From Lama guanicoe (taxonomy: Eukaryota): a stretch of DNA of 64,000 nucleotides. Positions 62,135 through 64,000 of the stretch are shown one piece after another. Numbering within the stretch: position 1 is the first letter of the stretch; each line of letters starts with the position of its first letter. The position numbers and the translations under genes were made by a program. The notes below the pieces were generated by a model. It searched no databases. It was given only the letters and a program-made list of their open reading frames with translations, and was not told the origin of the DNA. The DNA is taken from NCBI GenBank assembly GCA_013239625.1, contig MU054212.1, forward strand, positions 2,418,001 to 2,482,000. The letters run 5' to 3'.

Positions 62135-62589
62135 AAAAAATGGAGTATGAAAAGGGGAAAATGGGAACGTTGCAGAGGAGTGATCAACAGACACACCTTA
62201 ATTACATGGTCAAGATTGAGATCACCAGTAATAAGTCATGTTAGTCTCATGTGTCCTTTGATATGATGCACTGAGAGGACACTTCACTTCTGGGATTCTT
62301 CCCCCAAAATCTATTCATCACAGTCTATTTATGAGAAAATATTAGACGAACCCAAATAGAGGGACATTCTACAAATGCCTGACCCACACGATCCTGGAGT
62401 GTCACAGTCATGAAAACAAGGAAAGATAGAGGAACTGTCACAAATTGGAGGAAAGTAAGATGTAATAACTAAACACAGTGTGAGATCCTGAATTCAGTCC
62501 TAGAACAAAATAGACATAAGTGAAGAAACTGATTAAATGTAAATAAAACCCATTTTTTAAATAAACAAGCAAACAACCTTCCAGTGCCT

Positions 62590-63135
62590 AAACAGCAAAG
62601 CACAAATATTCCTGAGCTGGAAACACGAGACCCTCTGAATGTAACTCAGATGCCTCTTCTGCCTCTCTTGCCACCTCGCACTTTCTTCTACTCTTCAACC
62701 AAACCAAACCGGGTGAGTGGGCTCAGCCACCTGCATCTTCCTGCCTCTTCTCTAATTTCACCCTCTGCCTGGTATGTCTTCTCCCCTCTGCTTCATGTAC
62801 CTACTCACCTGTTTATCTGATAATTGTCTTTTTTAAAGCTCAGTCCAAGAATTTCTTCCTCGATGAATTTTTTTCCAACCATCCCTGCATCCTAGTGGTC
62901 AGTCTTTCCTCCCCCTCACTTTCTCAGTGACACCAGGAATCCCACAGCTATTTTATCAGCATCTATAACATTTTAGTACATTTCTTTCAATGACTGTATC
63001 TTCCTTTGCTAGATAAAAAAATTCTTGAGGGAAGCCTGATCGTATTCATCTTTTATAGCCTTGGAGTTTAGCGCATACTTTATACATATTGAATGAATGA
63101 ATGAATAAATAAATGAATGAATTAATGAGTGAAAG
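62590..63135 (+). mobile_element. L2 3' fragment with (TGAA)n tail
   Basis: 'ccctctgcctggtatgtc...ttcttgagggaagc...tattcatctttt...ttgaatgaatgaatgaataaataaatgaatgaa'. Confidence 0.8.
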
Positions 63136-64000
63136 AGATATGAACCCATACTAGAAATCTATTGGCTAGAATGATGGATGTGTAAATTCATCTCAGCTAT
63201 GCAGACACATTTGAAGAAAATTTTCACTCAAAATTTCCAAATGCTTTGTAGGAATACGTAAAGCAATTCTTAAAACACTTCTAGAGGTCAGCAGATATCC
63301 TGGTGGAAAGCCGAGGCCTTCCACAAATGAGCCCATGTCATGGAGGACCCAGGCCCTGGAGCTCTCCTCTGCACAATTCTCATTCCCAGTTACTCTGTCA
63401 GATCAATTAAAATAGCCCCACACAGAGCCATATGCATCCTCATTTAAATGCATGGCCTTTATTTCAGTCAAATCTGTACCTTGAAGTTATATACCTTTCA
63501 AAACTCTCCCAAGTCAACTGGGCTGCTTCCTGTCACGCTTGCAGAATGAAAACTTGTTTTCCATGGTATCTTTCACCAAAATTCTCCAAAAAAAATTTTA
63601 GTTCACTATCATTTACCAGGACATCTTCCTGAATTTTTATTCTTTCTCCCAGGATAGTGTCTGAAGTTAAGCAAGAGTTCTCCAAGCATGAAGATCATTA
63701 AGTATGGGCTGGACTGGAGAGAAGATAAGATTCTCTGATATGATCATAATCAGCATATTTATCTATTTAGTATCTACTGCATCCACACATACACAGCATT
63801 CTGATAAAATTATGGCAGATGTACAAAGGTTTAACACATTGTCTCTACCACAGGAGGAAGAGAGATCTAGAGATGGAGACCACCCATATCCCTTTAAAAA
63901 ATGGCTAGTACTACAAAAACAAAAATGGTTAAACCTCTGCTTCAAAGGTCCCCAACTCTTCCTTCTCAGGGGATGCTAAACAAAAAAGCCAGGTCCCAAA

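Larger units (their letters stand above)
59390..62555 (+). mobile_element. L1MC-type 3' UTR relic (MER42-like), host of two later insertions
   Basis: 'aataaaaggaaccagggtccttcagagaaatggctgattctagggctg', 'ttctttacagaggaattccaaataataaatgta', 'cccaaatagagggacattctacaaat'. Confidence 0.85.

Noticed and set aside
63652..63701. Acceptor/donor-flanked 49-nt plus-strand segment
   Set aside because: Very short, with stop codons in all three frames and no other support.
1..64000. CRISPR arrays, operons, prokaryotic defence systems, rRNA, intact ERV or full-length L1
   Set aside because: The sequence is eutherian genomic DNA with no regularly spaced repeats, long ORFs or retroviral internal genes.

Overview
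This is mammalian genomic DNA, AT-rich and mostly non-coding. It is most likely camelid (alpaca, llama or camel), based on a tRNA-derived Vic-1-type SINE and cetartiodactyl-type L1 3' ends; no Alu, Bov-A/BovB, PRE-1 or Can-SINE copies were seen. Roughly half the window is recognisable interspersed repeat: old L1M/L1ME and L1MC relics, younger 5'-truncated L1s with target-site duplications (TSDs), many L2, MIR and CR1/L3 fragments, about a dozen MaLR/ERVL LTR remnants and a hAT-Charlie relic. Repeat boundaries and subfamily names come from recalled consensus motifs and are approximate. I could not recognise any protein-coding gene. Nearly all listed ORFs look like chance or repeat-derived frames, so the window looks like a large intron or gene desert. 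The most interesting unique DNA is a CpG-enriched block at ~26.8-27.3 kb that carries splice signals on both strands, plus transposon-poor blocks with strong transcription-factor motif matches (X-box, T-box/MEIS, TCF, PBX-HOX). I found no convincing evidence of a new biological system; the findings are hypotheses to test.
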